This document shows, piece after piece, positions 47,296-57,497 of a stretch of DNA of 64,000 bases. Position 1 is the stretch's first letter, and each line of letters starts with the position of its first letter. Below the pieces are notes generated by a model. It worked only from the letters and a program-made list of their open reading frames with translations, was not told the DNA's origin and made no database searches. Source of the DNA: Pseudomonadota bacterium (GTDB taxonomy: Bacteria; Pseudomonadota; Gammaproteobacteria; Burkholderiales; Burkholderiaceae_C); NCBI GenBank assembly GCA_040387235.1, contig JAZKEE010000130.1:23967-87966 (forward strand). Direction: 5' to 3'. The position numbers were made by a program, and so were the translations under genes.

Positions 47296-49955
47296 ACCTG
47301 TCCTCGCCAGCACGCATCAAGATCTACGTCTCGGGGGCGGTTGCCTTCTTCCTTGCGTCGGTGGCACTGGTGGCTGCCGCGCTGGTCTGGAATGCGCGCC
47401 AGGTCGCGCTGGCCGACAGCGCCACGCAGGCCACACGTTTCGTCGCCGGTGCCGAGGCCGCGCTCAACCGCTCGCTGCTTTCCGTGGACGTGCTGCTGGC
47501 CAGCATGGACGAACTGCTGGGGCTGTCGGCCGCGATGGTGGACTGGATCGACTCCGACAGCGCCAGCCAGCGCCTGCGCAGCTCCGCGCGCCAGAACCTC
47601 ATGGTGCGCTACGTGGCGCTCGTCGACGCACAGGGCAAGGTGATCGCCTCCTCCGACGCGGCCGGCAGCCGGCTGGCGCTGGACCTGCCGTCCGGCTTTC
47701 TGGACGAAGTGCTGCGCCAGTCGGTCTCCACCCTCATGGTCAGCCAGCCCGTGGTGAGCTTTGCCAGCGCCGAGCGGGTGCTGTACTTTGCGCGCCATCT
47801 GAAGATGGCCGACAGCTCGCGCGTGGTGGCGCTGGCCGAGCTGCCGGTGGCCTCGCTCAGTTCGGTGCTGGTCCAGGGCGTGGACATCAGCGGCCTGCAG
47901 GTCACGCTGGAGCGTGCGGGCGGGCAGATGCTGCTGAGTGTGCCCAGCCGTGAGGATGTCGTCACCCACACCCTGTCACCGCCGCTCGATGCCCTGGACG
48001 ACAGCGGCCCCCAATGGCGTGCCCCGGCGCGCCTGAGCGGCGAGGTCGCGCTCGTGGTGTACCGCCCCATCCTGTACCAGGACCTGCGCATCTCGGCCAG
48101 CATCCCGCAGCGCGATGCCCTGGCGTCCTGGCGCACCGAGCGCAATGCCGTGGCCCTCACTGCGCTCGCCTTCCTGGCCATGATCCTGACGGCCGGGGGT
48201 TTCGCGCTGCGCTACATCGACCGCATGACACAGGCACGCGTGGCCATTGCCCAGAGCAAGGCCACGCTGGACCAGGCCCTTGAATCCATGGTCAGCGGCT
48301 TCGTGCTGCTCGACGGCGCCCAGCGCGTGGTGCAATGGAACCGGCGCTTCGAGGAGATATTCCCCTGGCTCCAGTCCATCCTGGCGCCGCAGGTGCCGTT
48401 TCGCAAGGTACTCGAAGAAAAGGCCCGGCACCACCTGCCGCATGCGTCCGACTCGGAGCGTGCACTTTGGATAGAGCACCGCCTGGCGCTGCAGTTGCAG
48501 CCGCAGGGGCCGCACGAGCAGTCCCTGCCCGATGGCCGCGTGATCCAGATCACCGAGCGCGTGACGCCTGAGTCAGGCCTGGTCATCACCTACCACGACG
48601 TGACCGAGCTGCGCCAGGCCAGTGCCGAGATCGAGAGCCTGGCCTTCTTTGATCCCCTCACCAACCTGCCCAACCGGCGCCTGCTGATGGACCGCATGCA
48701 GCAGGCCACGGCCGCCAGCGTGCGCAGCGGCCAGCACGGCGCCCTGCTGTTCCTGGACCTGGACCACTTCAAGACGCTCAACGACACCCTGGGCCATGAG
48801 GTCGGCGACATGCTGCTGCGCCAGGTGGCGCAGCGCCTGAAAACCTGCGTGCGGCGCGAGGACACGGTGGCCCGCCTGGGCGGTGACGAATTCGTGGTGA
48901 TGCTCAGCGACCTCTCGGAACACAGCAGCGAGGCCGCGGCCTATGCCCGCCGGGTGGGCCAGAAGATCCTGCGCAAGCTCAACCAGCCCTATACGCTCGG
49001 TACCCATACCTACCACAGCACCCCCAGCATCGGCGCCACGCTGATGGGCGGCGCCATGCAACCCTCGGTGGACCTGCTCAAGCAGGCCGACATCGCCATG
49101 TACCAGGTCAAGTCCCAGGGCCGCAATGCGCTGTGCTTCTTCGACCCGCAGATGCAGATCGCCATCAGCCAGCGTGCGCAGCTCGAGAGCGACCTGCAGG
49201 CGGCCTTGACCGGCCGCCAGTTCGTGCTGCACTACCAGCCCCAGTTCCACCTGGACGGCCGCATCGTCGGGGCAGAGGCTCTCATCCGCTGGCGCCATCC
49301 CGAGCGGGGCCTGATTGCGCCGGGCCACTTCATCGGCGTCGCCGAGGAGAGCGAGCTCATCGTGCCCATGGGCCACTGGGTGCTGCGCACGGCCTGTGAT
49401 CAGCTGGCCGCCTGGCAGAGCGATGCGCGCTACCGGCATGTGCAGCTGTCGGTCAACGTCAGCGCGAGGCAGTTCCGCCAGCGCGATTTCGTGGCCCGGG
49501 TGGTCGAGGTGCTGCGCGAGACCGGGGCCCGGCCCCACCTGCTCAAGCTTGAGCTCACCGAATCCCTGGTGCTCGACAACGTGGACGACACCATCGCCAA
49601 GATGGGCCTGCTCAAGACCAAGGGCGTGCGCTTCTCGGTGGACGATTTCGGCACCGGCTACTCCTCGCTGGCCTACCTCACACGCTTGCCGCTGGACCAG
49701 CTCAAGATCGACCAGTCCTTCGTGCGCAACCTGGGCGTCAAGCACACCGACGACGTGATCGTGCAGACCATCATCGGCATGGCGCGCAACCTGGAGCTCG
49801 ACGTGATCGCCGAGGGCGTCGAGACCCAGGCGCAAAAGGACTTCCTGGCCCTGCACGGCTGCCAGTTCTTCCAAGGCTACCTGATGGGCCGCCCCGTGCC
49901 CGTGGCCGACCTGGAGAGCCTGTTGGGCGCCAGCAGCGCCGCGCTGACAGCCTGA
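47292..49955 (+). CDS. membrane-bound periplasmic-sensor (Cache-like)-PAS-GGDEF-EAL protein
   Basis: 2 TM around ~270-aa periplasmic region, PAS, DPLTNLPNRR, RRED I-site, GGDEF, EAL, DDFGTGYSS, EGVE. Confidence 0.93.
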   Translation: MNLSSPARIKIYVSGAVAFFLASVALVAAALVWNARQVALADSATQATRFVAGAEAALNRSLLSVDVLLASMDELLGLSAAMVDWIDSDSASQRLRSSARQNLMVRYVALVDAQGKVIASSDAAGSRLALDLPSGFLDEVLRQSVSTLMVSQPVVSFASAERVLYFARHLKMADSSRVVALAELPVASLSSVLVQGVDISGLQVTLERAGGQMLLSVPSREDVVTHTLSPPLDALDDSGPQWRAPARLSGEVALVVYRPILYQDLRISASIPQRDALASWRTERNAVALTALAFLAMILTAGGFALRYIDRMTQARVAIAQSKATLDQALESMVSGFVLLDGAQRVVQWNRRFEEIFPWLQSILAPQVPFRKVLEEKARHHLPHASDSERALWIEHRLALQLQPQGPHEQSLPDGRVIQITERVTPESGLVITYHDVTELRQASAEIESLAFFDPLTNLPNRRLLMDRMQQATAASVRSGQHGALLFLDLDHFKTLNDTLGHEVGDMLLRQVAQRLKTCVRREDTVARLGGDEFVVMLSDLSEHSSEAAAYARRVGQKILRKLNQPYTLGTHTYHSTPSIGATLMGGAMQPSVDLLKQADIAMYQVKSQGRNALCFFDPQMQIAISQRAQLESDLQAALTGRQFVLHYQPQFHLDGRIVGAEALIRWRHPERGLIAPGHFIGVAEESELIVPMGHWVLRTACDQLAAWQSDARYRHVQLSVNVSARQFRQRDFVARVVEVLRETGARPHLLKLELTESLVLDNVDDTIAKMGLLKTKGVRFSVDDFGTGYSSLAYLTRLPLDQLKIDQSFVRNLGVKHTDDVIVQTIIGMARNLELDVIAEGVETQAQKDFLALHGCQFFQGYLMGRPVPVADLESLLGASSAALTA

Positions 49956-49979
49956 AGAGAATGGCGCGGTGGCGAGGGC

Positions 49980-50879
49980 TCAGCGCCGTGATGAAACCAC
50001 GATGCCGCCCACGATGAGCGCGAACGCCACGCCATGGAACAGCTGTGGCGTGTCGCCCAGGAAGGCCGCCGACAGCAGCGCCGCGAACAGCGGCGTGAGG
50101 TTCACGAAGAAGCTCGCCAGCGCCGGCCCTGCCCGCTGTACCCCCACACCCCAGAAGCGGTAGGCCAGCACCGCAGGCCCCACGGCGATGAAAGCCAGTG
50201 CGGCGATCAGGGGCCAGCCCCATTCGATGTGCGTGCGCCCGCTGGCCCACTCCAGGCCCGCGAACGAGCCTGACCAGGCCAGGCCGAAGACCATCTGCGC
50301 CATCAGGAAGGCGGCCCAGTCGCCGCGGATGGTGGCCGGCTCGCGCGTGCCCGAGAGCATCCAGCTGTAGAACGCCCAGGAGATGGTGGCCAGCACCATG
50401 AACAGGTCGCCCAGCACCAGGCGCAGGGCCAGCAACTGGCCCCACTCGCCACGGCTGAGCACCAGCAGCACCCCGCACATGGACAGAAAGGCCCCTGCCA
50501 CCTGGCGGCGCGTGACTGGCGCGCCGAAGAACAGCGCGCCCACGGCCAGCATCCATACCGGCATGCTCGACCCTACCAGGGTGGCGTTGATGGGTGTGGA
50601 AGTCTGCAGCGCCATGTACTGCAGCGCGTTGTACAGGCCCACGCCGAGCAGGCCCAGCAATGCATAGCGGCGCCAGTGTGGCCACAGCGGGCCGTCCCGG
50701 CGCAGCACGCCGTGCGCCAGGGGCAGCAGGATGAAGAAGGCCAGCACCCAGCGGATGAAGTTCAGGGTGAGTGGCGGGATCAGGTCGTGTACCAGCCGGC
50801 CGACCACGGCATTGCCGGCCCAGAGCAGCGGCGGTACCACCAGCAGCGCTGCAGTGCCGGGCGAGAGTCTTTGCGTCAT
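49980..50879 (-). CDS. DMT/EamA family transporter
   Basis: LWAGNAVVGR, YNALQYMALQTS..INA, F.NLTPLF; 10 TM. Confidence 0.9.
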   Translation of the reverse strand: MTQRLSPGTAALLVVPPLLWAGNAVVGRLVHDLIPPLTLNFIRWVLAFFILLPLAHGVLRRDGPLWPHWRRYALLGLLGVGLYNALQYMALQTSTPINATLVGSSMPVWMLAVGALFFGAPVTRRQVAGAFLSMCGVLLVLSRGEWGQLLALRLVLGDLFMVLATISWAFYSWMLSGTREPATIRGDWAAFLMAQMVFGLAWSGSFAGLEWASGRTHIEWGWPLIAALAFIAVGPAVLAYRFWGVGVQRAGPALASFFVNLTPLFAALLSAAFLGDTPQLFHGVAFALIVGGIVVSSRR

Positions 50880-50971
50880 GCCGATACTGTATCTGTGCGC
50901 AGTGGGCAAGACTTGCAGATTCATGGCAGGATGGCCGCCGTTTTGTCGCACACGTACAAGGAGACCCATCC

Positions 50972-51955
50972 ATGAGCCTCGCCGTCCAGATCCGCCAGCA
51001 TGGCGGCCCCGAAGAACTCCACCTCGCCGACGTGACCGTGGGCGAGCCCGGCCCGGGCGAGATCCGCATCCGCCACCATGCCATCGGACTGAACTACATC
51101 GACGTGTACCACCGCACGGGCCTGTATCCCCTGAGCATGCCCGCCACCATCGGCATGGAGGCCGCCGGCGTGGTCGAGGCCGTGGGTGAAGGCGTCAGCC
51201 ACCTGAAGGTGGGCGACCGCGCCGCCTATGCCAGCCAGCCGCCCGGCAGTTACTGCGAGGTGCGCGTGATGCCCGCCAAGTGCGTGTGCAGGCTGCCCGA
51301 TGCCATCAGTTTCGAGACCGGTGCGGCGATGATGCTCAAGGGCCTCACCGCGCAGTACCTGCTCAAGAAGACCCTTCCCGTGCAGGGCCTCGTGGCTGGC
51401 GACCATGTGCTTTTCCACGCCGCTGCCGGCGGCGTGGGCCTCATCGCCAGCCAGTGGGCCAAGGCCCTGGGCCTGCAGCTCATCGGCACCGCCGGTACCG
51501 ACGCCAAGTGCCAGCTGGCGCTGGCCAATGGTGCGGCCCACGCCATCAACTACAACACCGAGGACTTCGCTGCGCGCGTCAAGGAGATCACCGGCGGCCA
51601 GGGCGTGAAGGTGGTGTACGACTCGGTGGGCAAGGACACCTGGGACAAGTCGCTCGAATGCCTGCGCCCCTTCGGCCTGATGGCCAGCTTCGGCAACGCC
51701 TCGGGCCCCGTGCCGCCATTCGCACCGGGCTCGCTCGGTGCCAAGGGCTCGCTGTATGTCACGCGCCAGACCCTGTTCACCCATATCGCCACGCGCGAGA
51801 GCACGCAGGCCATGGCCGACGACCTGTTCGCCGTGGTGGCCAGCGGCCAGGTGAAGATCCACATCGACCAGCGCTACCCGCTGGCCGATGTGCAGCAGGC
51901 GCACCGCGACCTGGAAGCACGCAAGACCACCGGCTGCACCATCCTCACGCTGTGA
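50972..51955 (+). CDS. qor: NADPH:quinone oxidoreductase (zeta-crystallin/MDR family)
   Basis: GGPEEL, IGLNYIDVYHRTGLY, MLKGLTAQYL, HAAAGGVG, YDSVGKDT, FGNASG. Confidence 0.92.
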   Translation: MSLAVQIRQHGGPEELHLADVTVGEPGPGEIRIRHHAIGLNYIDVYHRTGLYPLSMPATIGMEAAGVVEAVGEGVSHLKVGDRAAYASQPPGSYCEVRVMPAKCVCRLPDAISFETGAAMMLKGLTAQYLLKKTLPVQGLVAGDHVLFHAAAGGVGLIASQWAKALGLQLIGTAGTDAKCQLALANGAAHAINYNTEDFAARVKEITGGQGVKVVYDSVGKDTWDKSLECLRPFGLMASFGNASGPVPPFAPGSLGAKGSLYVTRQTLFTHIATRESTQAMADDLFAVVASGQVKIHIDQRYPLADVQQAHRDLEARKTTGCTILTL

Positions 51956-52758
51956 GCACGCCCGCGCAGACCTTTGCCGGGTGGCTGGCAGCGGCGCGGC
52001 TTGCTGCCCGGCAACCGCCGGCCCGGGCCCGGTTGCCGCTGCGGGTGGCAGGGCAGGTGGTGGGCTCGGTGGCCGAGGGTGTGCTGGACACGGTGGCGCC
52101 CGCGCTGGAGGGCGGCCACCGCCTGCACAGGGCGGCAGGCGGCTGGCACCTTGATGGCCCGGCCACCGCCGGCCTCAATGCCATCGCCGCCGCACTGCGC
52201 GCCCGGGGCCTGTGCGGGCCCTGGCGCAACGAGCAGTTGGCCGTGCCCGACGCCCAGGGCGAGGTGATCGCCACCGTGGAGCGCGGCGCCGTGCGCGTGC
52301 TGGGCATCGCCACGCGGGCTGTGCACCTGGTGGGCCTGGCGCCCGATGGGCGCATGTGGGTGCAGCTGCGCTCGCGCACCAAGCCCAACAACCCGGGCAT
52401 GTGGGACACGCTGATGGGCGGCATGGTCTCGGCCGCCGATACGCTGGACCAGGCCCTGGCGCGCGAGACCTGGGAAGAGGCCGGGCTGCACGTGGCATCG
52501 CTGGCCGATGTGGTGCATGGCGGCCACGTGGTCTTCAGCCGCCCCAGCCGCGAGGGCGGCGGCATGGGCTACATGGTTGAGCGCATCGACTGGTTCCGGG
52601 CCACGGTGCCCGAGGGCATGGAGCCTGCCAACCAGGATGGCGAGGTGGAGCGCTTCGAGTTGCTGGACCTGGATGCAGTACAGCGGCGGGTGGCCCAGGG
52701 CGGCTTTACCCAGGAAGCGGGACTGGTGATTGGCGGCTACCTGGATTCCAGCGCCTGA
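51952..52758 (+). CDS. NUDIX hydrolase (thiamine pyrophosphokinase-associated type)
   Basis: WRNE, ERGA.R.LGI...AVHL, PGMWDTLMGG, Nudix box ALARETWEEAGL, NQDGEV; GTGA overlap with qor. Confidence 0.85.
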   Translation: MSTPAQTFAGWLAAARLAARQPPARARLPLRVAGQVVGSVAEGVLDTVAPALEGGHRLHRAAGGWHLDGPATAGLNAIAAALRARGLCGPWRNEQLAVPDAQGEVIATVERGAVRVLGIATRAVHLVGLAPDGRMWVQLRSRTKPNNPGMWDTLMGGMVSAADTLDQALARETWEEAGLHVASLADVVHGGHVVFSRPSREGGGMGYMVERIDWFRATVPEGMEPANQDGEVERFELLDLDAVQRRVAQGGFTQEAGLVIGGYLDSSA

Positions 52759-52777
52759 CGGCGGCCGCCGCCGTGTC

Positions 52778-54436
52778 TCAGTCGGTGGTGGTCGCCGCGC
52801 GCAGGCGGCTCGGTGCCAGCGCCCCGGCCGATTCCAGGATCGGGTAGGCCACCGAGCACAGCAGCGAATTGATGCGCTTGAGCTCGCTGATCAGGTCGAT
52901 GTGCAGCGAGCTGGTCTCGATGCTCTGCACCGTGTTGTCCGACAGGCGCACCAGGTGGGTCGCAGAATAGGCGCGCTCCAGGTCGCGAAAGCGCGCCTTC
53001 TCCTCCAGCAGCTTCTGCGCGTCGCGCACGTTGCCGTTGAGGAAGACGCTCATCGCCAGGCGCAGGTTGTCCAGCAGGCGGGCGTGCAGCTCGTTGATCT
53101 CCTCCATCCCGGCCTCCGAGAAGTGCCGGCCCTTCTTGATCTTCTTGTCCTCGATGTCGATCAGCACGCGCTCGATGATGTCGCCGATCTGTTCCATGTT
53201 GATGGTGAAGCTGATGATGTCCGCCCAGCGCCGGCCTTCGCGTTCGTCCAGGGCCTCGCGCGAAATCTTGGTCAGGTAGTACTTGATGGCCGAGTACAGG
53301 CCATCCACCTCGTCGTCGAGCTTGCGCAGGTCCTGCGCCAGCCTGAGGTCGTCGGTGCGGATCACGGTGTGCAGGCCGATCATCATGGACTCGACCACGT
53401 CGGCCTGGTGCAGGGCCTCGCGTGCCGCGCACGAAATGGCCAGCGACGGCGTGGCCAGGGCCGAGGGGTCCAGGTGCTGGGGGCGCGCGCCGGCCGAGGA
53501 GGCCTGCGCATCGGGCTGCGGCAGCAGCCGCTGCACGGCACGCGCCACGGTACCGGTGAGGCCGATGCAGATGATGCCCACCACCACGTTGAAGGCCAGG
53601 TGGAACAGCACCACCAGCGTGGCCGTGTCGGGTACGTACGGCCGCACATGCTGCAGCCACAGGCCGGTGAGCGGCGTCATGATGGCCACGCCGATGATCT
53701 TGAAGAACAGGTTGCCCAGGGGCACCTGGCGCGTCTGCACATTCGCCTTCATGGTGGTCAGCACGGCCAGCAGGCCGCTGCCCAGGTTGGCACCGATCAC
53801 CAGGCCCAGCGCCACGTCCACCGGAATGCCGCCGGAGCCGGCCAGGGTGGCGGTCAGCAGCACGGTGGCCAGGCTGGAGTAGGCCACCACGGCCAGCACG
53901 GCGCCCGTGAAGATCTCCAGCAGCAGGTCGCTGGTGAGCGCGCCCAGCAGGGTGCGCACCGTGGGCGATTGCGTGAGCACGGTGGTGGATTCGGTGATCA
54001 GGCGCAGCGCCAGCAGCATCAGGCCGAGCCCGATCAGCACGCGGCCCACGCGGCCCGCGGCCGTGTCCTTGCGGGTGATGAACAGCACCACCCCGACGAA
54101 GATGAACAGCGGCGACAGCCACGACAGGTCCATGGCGAACACCACGGCCATCACGCTGGTGCCCACATCGGCCCCGAGCATCACGGCCAGGGCCGCGGGC
54201 AGGGTCACCAGCCCCTGGCCGACGAAGGAAGAGACGATGAGCGCGGTGGCCGTGCTCGACTGCACCAGCGCCGTCACCCCGATGCCCGACAGCACGGCGG
54301 TGATGCGTGTGCTGACGCTGTGGGCGATCAGCTGGCGCAGGTTGGCGCCGAACACGCGCAGGATGCCGGTGCGCACCAGGTGCGTACCCCAGATCAGCAG
54401 CGCGACGGCGGCCAGGAGGTTCAGGAGATGCTTCAT
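52778..54436 (-). CDS. Na+/Pi cotransporter family protein with PhoU-like C-terminus (YjbB-like)
   Basis: QSSTAT motif, MLGADVGTS, GANLGS, C-terminal helical DDEVD.LY / EQIGDII / SIETSSLH. Confidence 0.92.
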   Translation of the reverse strand: MKHLLNLLAAVALLIWGTHLVRTGILRVFGANLRQLIAHSVSTRITAVLSGIGVTALVQSSTATALIVSSFVGQGLVTLPAALAVMLGADVGTSVMAVVFAMDLSWLSPLFIFVGVVLFITRKDTAAGRVGRVLIGLGLMLLALRLITESTTVLTQSPTVRTLLGALTSDLLLEIFTGAVLAVVAYSSLATVLLTATLAGSGGIPVDVALGLVIGANLGSGLLAVLTTMKANVQTRQVPLGNLFFKIIGVAIMTPLTGLWLQHVRPYVPDTATLVVLFHLAFNVVVGIICIGLTGTVARAVQRLLPQPDAQASSAGARPQHLDPSALATPSLAISCAAREALHQADVVESMMIGLHTVIRTDDLRLAQDLRKLDDEVDGLYSAIKYYLTKISREALDEREGRRWADIISFTINMEQIGDIIERVLIDIEDKKIKKGRHFSEAGMEEINELHARLLDNLRLAMSVFLNGNVRDAQKLLEEKARFRDLERAYSATHLVRLSDNTVQSIETSSLHIDLISELKRINSLLCSVAYPILESAGALAPSRLRAATTTD

Positions 54437-54645
54437 GAGTAAACGCTAACTTTTCTTATTTTGACCTGCACTGTGAAGCACGTGCCATGCCCGCTGCGGC
54501 TGTCTTGGGGGCAGTTGTGCCTGCCGGCAGTGGCTCTGCGGGGCAGGCTGGTGTTGCCCGGGACGGGCGCGGGAAGGGTTTGCGAAGCCAGAAGGCCGGT
54601 ACCGCAGACAAAGCGGCGGACCACAAACCATGAAAGCGCCCGTTT

Positions 54646-54663
54646 TAGTCACAAAACTGTCAC
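54646..54663 (+). promoter_or_regulatory. Pho box-like direct repeat upstream of the Na/Pi cotransporter
   Basis: TAGTCAC-AAAA-CTGTCAC: 11-bp period, AT-rich spacer, close to PhoB consensus CTGTCAT-A(A/T)A(T/A)-CTGT(C/A)A(C/T). Confidence 0.7.
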
Positions 54664-54782
54664 ATTGCGGACGCTCTAGCATACTCCTGAATCCATAGCA
54701 CAGGAACCATGTCCATGACGTGGCAAGGTGTGTTGCGCCGGCCGGGCTGGCAAAAGGGCGTGGCGCCCTGTGCCGGGCGGCT

Positions 54783-55610
54783 TCAATCGATCAAGTGCCC
54801 GCCGTCGTGGAAGGGGAAAGGTCCTTCGTATTGCCCGCTCGCTGCCAGGTGGCTCACCAGCCTGCCGCCCGGCGGCAGGGCGTGCACGCCAAAGCCCGGA
54901 GGCTCCAGCGTCCAGGCGGAGACCGCATCGGGCGCCAGGTCCAGGCAGACCTGGTGGGCGGGTGAGGGCACGGTCATGGCGATGGAGCCGCCAAAGCGCA
55001 CCTGGATGCTGCGGTGCAGGTGGCCGCAGACGATGCGCTCCACGTTCGGGTGGCGTGCTACCAGGGCTTCGAGTTCCGCCGCACCGCTCAGCAGCCCGAT
55101 GGCATCCATGTGGCCGATCAGGGTCTGGAACGGTGGGTGGTGCATGGCGATCACCACCGGGCGGTGGCGGTGCGCATCGAGTGCTTGGGCCAGCCAGGCC
55201 AGCCGCGCGTCGCACAGGCTGCCCTCGCTGGCGCCGGGAACCACGGTGTCCAGCGCGATCAGCGTCAGCCCGCCAATCGGCACACAGTACTGCACGAACC
55301 CGTCCGTGCCCAGGTAGGCGTGTTCCGGGAAGCTCTGTCGCAGCTGGGTACGTTCGTCGTGGTTGCCGGGCAGCAAATAGGTCGGCAAGGCACCCAGCGG
55401 CGCGAGCAGTGCGCGCAGGTGCGCGTACTCGGCCGCGCGGCCGAAGTCGGTCAGGTCGCCGGTGATCACCAGCGCGTCGGGCCGCTGCGGCAGGCGCAGC
55501 ATGGTCTGCACGGCTTGCGCGAGGTAGGGCGCGGTGTTGATGCGGCCGTAGGCCAGGCGGCCGGGTTCGCGGATATGCAGGTCGGACAGTTGCAGCAGCA
55601 AGGTGGTCAT
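54783..55610 (-). CDS. metallophosphoesterase (CpdA/GpdQ-like phosphodiesterase)
   Basis: QLSDLH, ITGDLTD, PGNHD, HHPP, CGHLHR. Confidence 0.92.
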   Translation of the reverse strand: MTTLLLQLSDLHIREPGRLAYGRINTAPYLAQAVQTMLRLPQRPDALVITGDLTDFGRAAEYAHLRALLAPLGALPTYLLPGNHDERTQLRQSFPEHAYLGTDGFVQYCVPIGGLTLIALDTVVPGASEGSLCDARLAWLAQALDAHRHRPVVIAMHHPPFQTLIGHMDAIGLLSGAAELEALVARHPNVERIVCGHLHRSIQVRFGGSIAMTVPSPAHQVCLDLAPDAVSAWTLEPPGFGVHALPPGGRLVSHLAASGQYEGPFPFHDGGHLID

Positions 55611-55632
55611 GGGTGTGGCGGTAGCGGATGCG

Positions 55633-56700
55633 TCAGGCGTTGTCATGGCTGGGCATGAGGTGCTCGGGGCGGATGCGGATGGCCACCCGCTGGCCCTGGC
55701 GGGCCGGGTGGTCGCGGGACACGTCGGCCTGCAGCGGGGGCTGGCCAGGCAACGAAAGGGTGAGCTGCACGCGCTCGCCCAGGAAGCTGCGGCGCGCCAC
55801 CTCGGCGCGGCCCCAGCCGTCTCCACCGGCATGGTCTGCCTGCACCTCGATGTCCTCGGGCCGCACCAGCAGCACGGTATCTGCCGCGCAGGCTGTCGGG
55901 CAGCGCAGCTCGATGCCGCCCAAGGGCAGCACCTGGCGCTGGCGGGCTGCCTCATCGCGCTGAAGCCGGTTCACCCGGCCCAGGAAGGCCGCCACGAAGG
56001 GGTGGGCCGGCGTGCGGTACAGCGTTTCGCCGTCGCCCACCTGCACGATGCGGCCGGCCTGCATCACCGCCAGGCGGTCGGCAATGGCCAGGGCCTCCTG
56101 CTGGTCGTGCGTGACGTGGATGGCGGTGATGTGCAGGCGGCGCAGCAGCTCGGCCAGCTCGTCGCGCAGCGACTCCTTGAGCTTGGCGTCGAGCGCGGTC
56201 AGGGGTTCGTCCAGCAGCAGCACGCGTGGGCGCACGGCCACGGCGCGCGCCAAAGCCACGCGCTGGCGCTGGCCGCCCGAGAGCTCGGCGGGGCGCTTGT
56301 TCTCCAGCCCGTTCAGGCGCACCAGGTCCACCAGCTCGCCCACCACGCGGCGCTCTTCGGCGGCATCGGTGCCGCGGATGCGCAGGCCGTAGCCGATGTT
56401 GGCCTGCACGCTCATCTGCGGGAACAGCGCGTAGTGCTGGAACACCATGCCGATGCCCCGCTTCTCGATGGGCAACTGCGTCACGTCCGTCCCGCCAAAG
56501 GCGATGCGGCTGCCCGCGTCGGGCGACTCCAGCCCGGCGATCAGGCGCAGCAGCGTGGTCTTGCCGCAGCCCGAGGGGCCCAGCAGCGCCAGCACTTCGC
56601 CGGGCTCCACCGTGAGGTCGGTGGACTGCAGGCCGCGCGTGCCATCGGCATAGGTTTTGGCGCACTGGACCACGTCCACGCGCGTGCGTTCAAGTTCCAT
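55633..56700 (-). CDS. ABC transporter ATP-binding protein (PotA/FbpC-like)
   Basis: GPSGCGKT, VFQHYALFP, LSGGQRQR, LLDEP, VTHDQ. Confidence 0.95.
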   Translation of the reverse strand: MELERTRVDVVQCAKTYADGTRGLQSTDLTVEPGEVLALLGPSGCGKTTLLRLIAGLESPDAGSRIAFGGTDVTQLPIEKRGIGMVFQHYALFPQMSVQANIGYGLRIRGTDAAEERRVVGELVDLVRLNGLENKRPAELSGGQRQRVALARAVAVRPRVLLLDEPLTALDAKLKESLRDELAELLRRLHITAIHVTHDQQEALAIADRLAVMQAGRIVQVGDGETLYRTPAHPFVAAFLGRVNRLQRDEAARQRQVLPLGGIELRCPTACAADTVLLVRPEDIEVQADHAGGDGWGRAEVARRSFLGERVQLTLSLPGQPPLQADVSRDHPARQGQRVAIRIRPEHLMPSHDNA

Positions 56701-57490
56701 GGTGTTTCTCGATGAAGGTGCCGACGGCCTGCAGGCCCCACAGCACGGGCAGGATGACGATCAGGAAGACCAGCGTGTAGGCCGAGCCGATCTCGATGCG
56801 CATGGAGGCATAGCTGTCGGCCAGGCCCACGGGCAGCGTGCGCGTGAGCGGGGTGTGCAGCATCCATGTCAGGTTGAACTCGCCCACGGAGAGCGTGAAC
56901 ACCATCAGGCTGCCCGCCACGATGGCTGGCAGCACGGCGGGCACCAGCACGCCAAGGAAGCGCTGTGCGAAGCTGGCGCCGAGCGAGCGTGCGGCTTCTT
57001 CCAGCGAGCGCAGTTCGTCCTTCTGGAAGGCCGAGCCCACGGTGCGCACCATGAAGGGCAGGGTGAACACCATGTGCCCGACAAGGATGAAGGCGAAGCT
57101 CTGGCGAAAGCCCTTGAGCGTCCCGTAGGCCAGGATCAGCGCCAGCGCGCTGGCCAGCCCCGGCACGGCCACGGGCAGGGTCAGCAGCTCCTCAAACAGC
57201 CGCGCCCAGCGCGAGCGGCTGCGTGCCAGGGCATAGGCGCAGGGCACACCGATCAGCAGGTTGCCCGCCACGCACAGCATGGCCAGGAGCAGCGATGCAC
57301 CGACGGTGCCGCCATAGTTCTCCCACACCTCGGAGAGCCAGCGCAGGGTGAGGCCGCTTTTCAGGCCCGCGCTGTAATTGTTCACCAGCCCGGCCATGAC
57401 CGACAGCGCAATGGGCGCCAGCATGAACAGGGCCACCAGCGCGGTGAGCGCCACCAGGGACCAGGGGGCTTGTCGTGCGTTTCTCATCAT
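56690..57490 (-). CDS. ABC transporter permease
   Basis: 6 TM, EAA loop LEEAARSLGAS. Confidence 0.92.
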   Translation of the reverse strand: MMRNARQAPWSLVALTALVALFMLAPIALSVMAGLVNNYSAGLKSGLTLRWLSEVWENYGGTVGASLLLAMLCVAGNLLIGVPCAYALARSRSRWARLFEELLTLPVAVPGLASALALILAYGTLKGFRQSFAFILVGHMVFTLPFMVRTVGSAFQKDELRSLEEAARSLGASFAQRFLGVLVPAVLPAIVAGSLMVFTLSVGEFNLTWMLHTPLTRTLPVGLADSYASMRIEIGSAYTLVFLIVILPVLWGLQAVGTFIEKHHGT

Positions 57491-57497
57491 GGGTGCT

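Noticed and set aside
54466-54490. Sigma-54-like TGGCACG on the minus strand upstream of the Na/Pi transporter
   Set aside because: The -12 position reads TCAC rather than TTGC.
54709-55317. Plus-strand ORF MSMTWQGVL with an AGGA RBS after the Pho box
   Set aside because: Nearly all antisense to the phosphodiesterase gene with no recognisable domain; at most a remnant.
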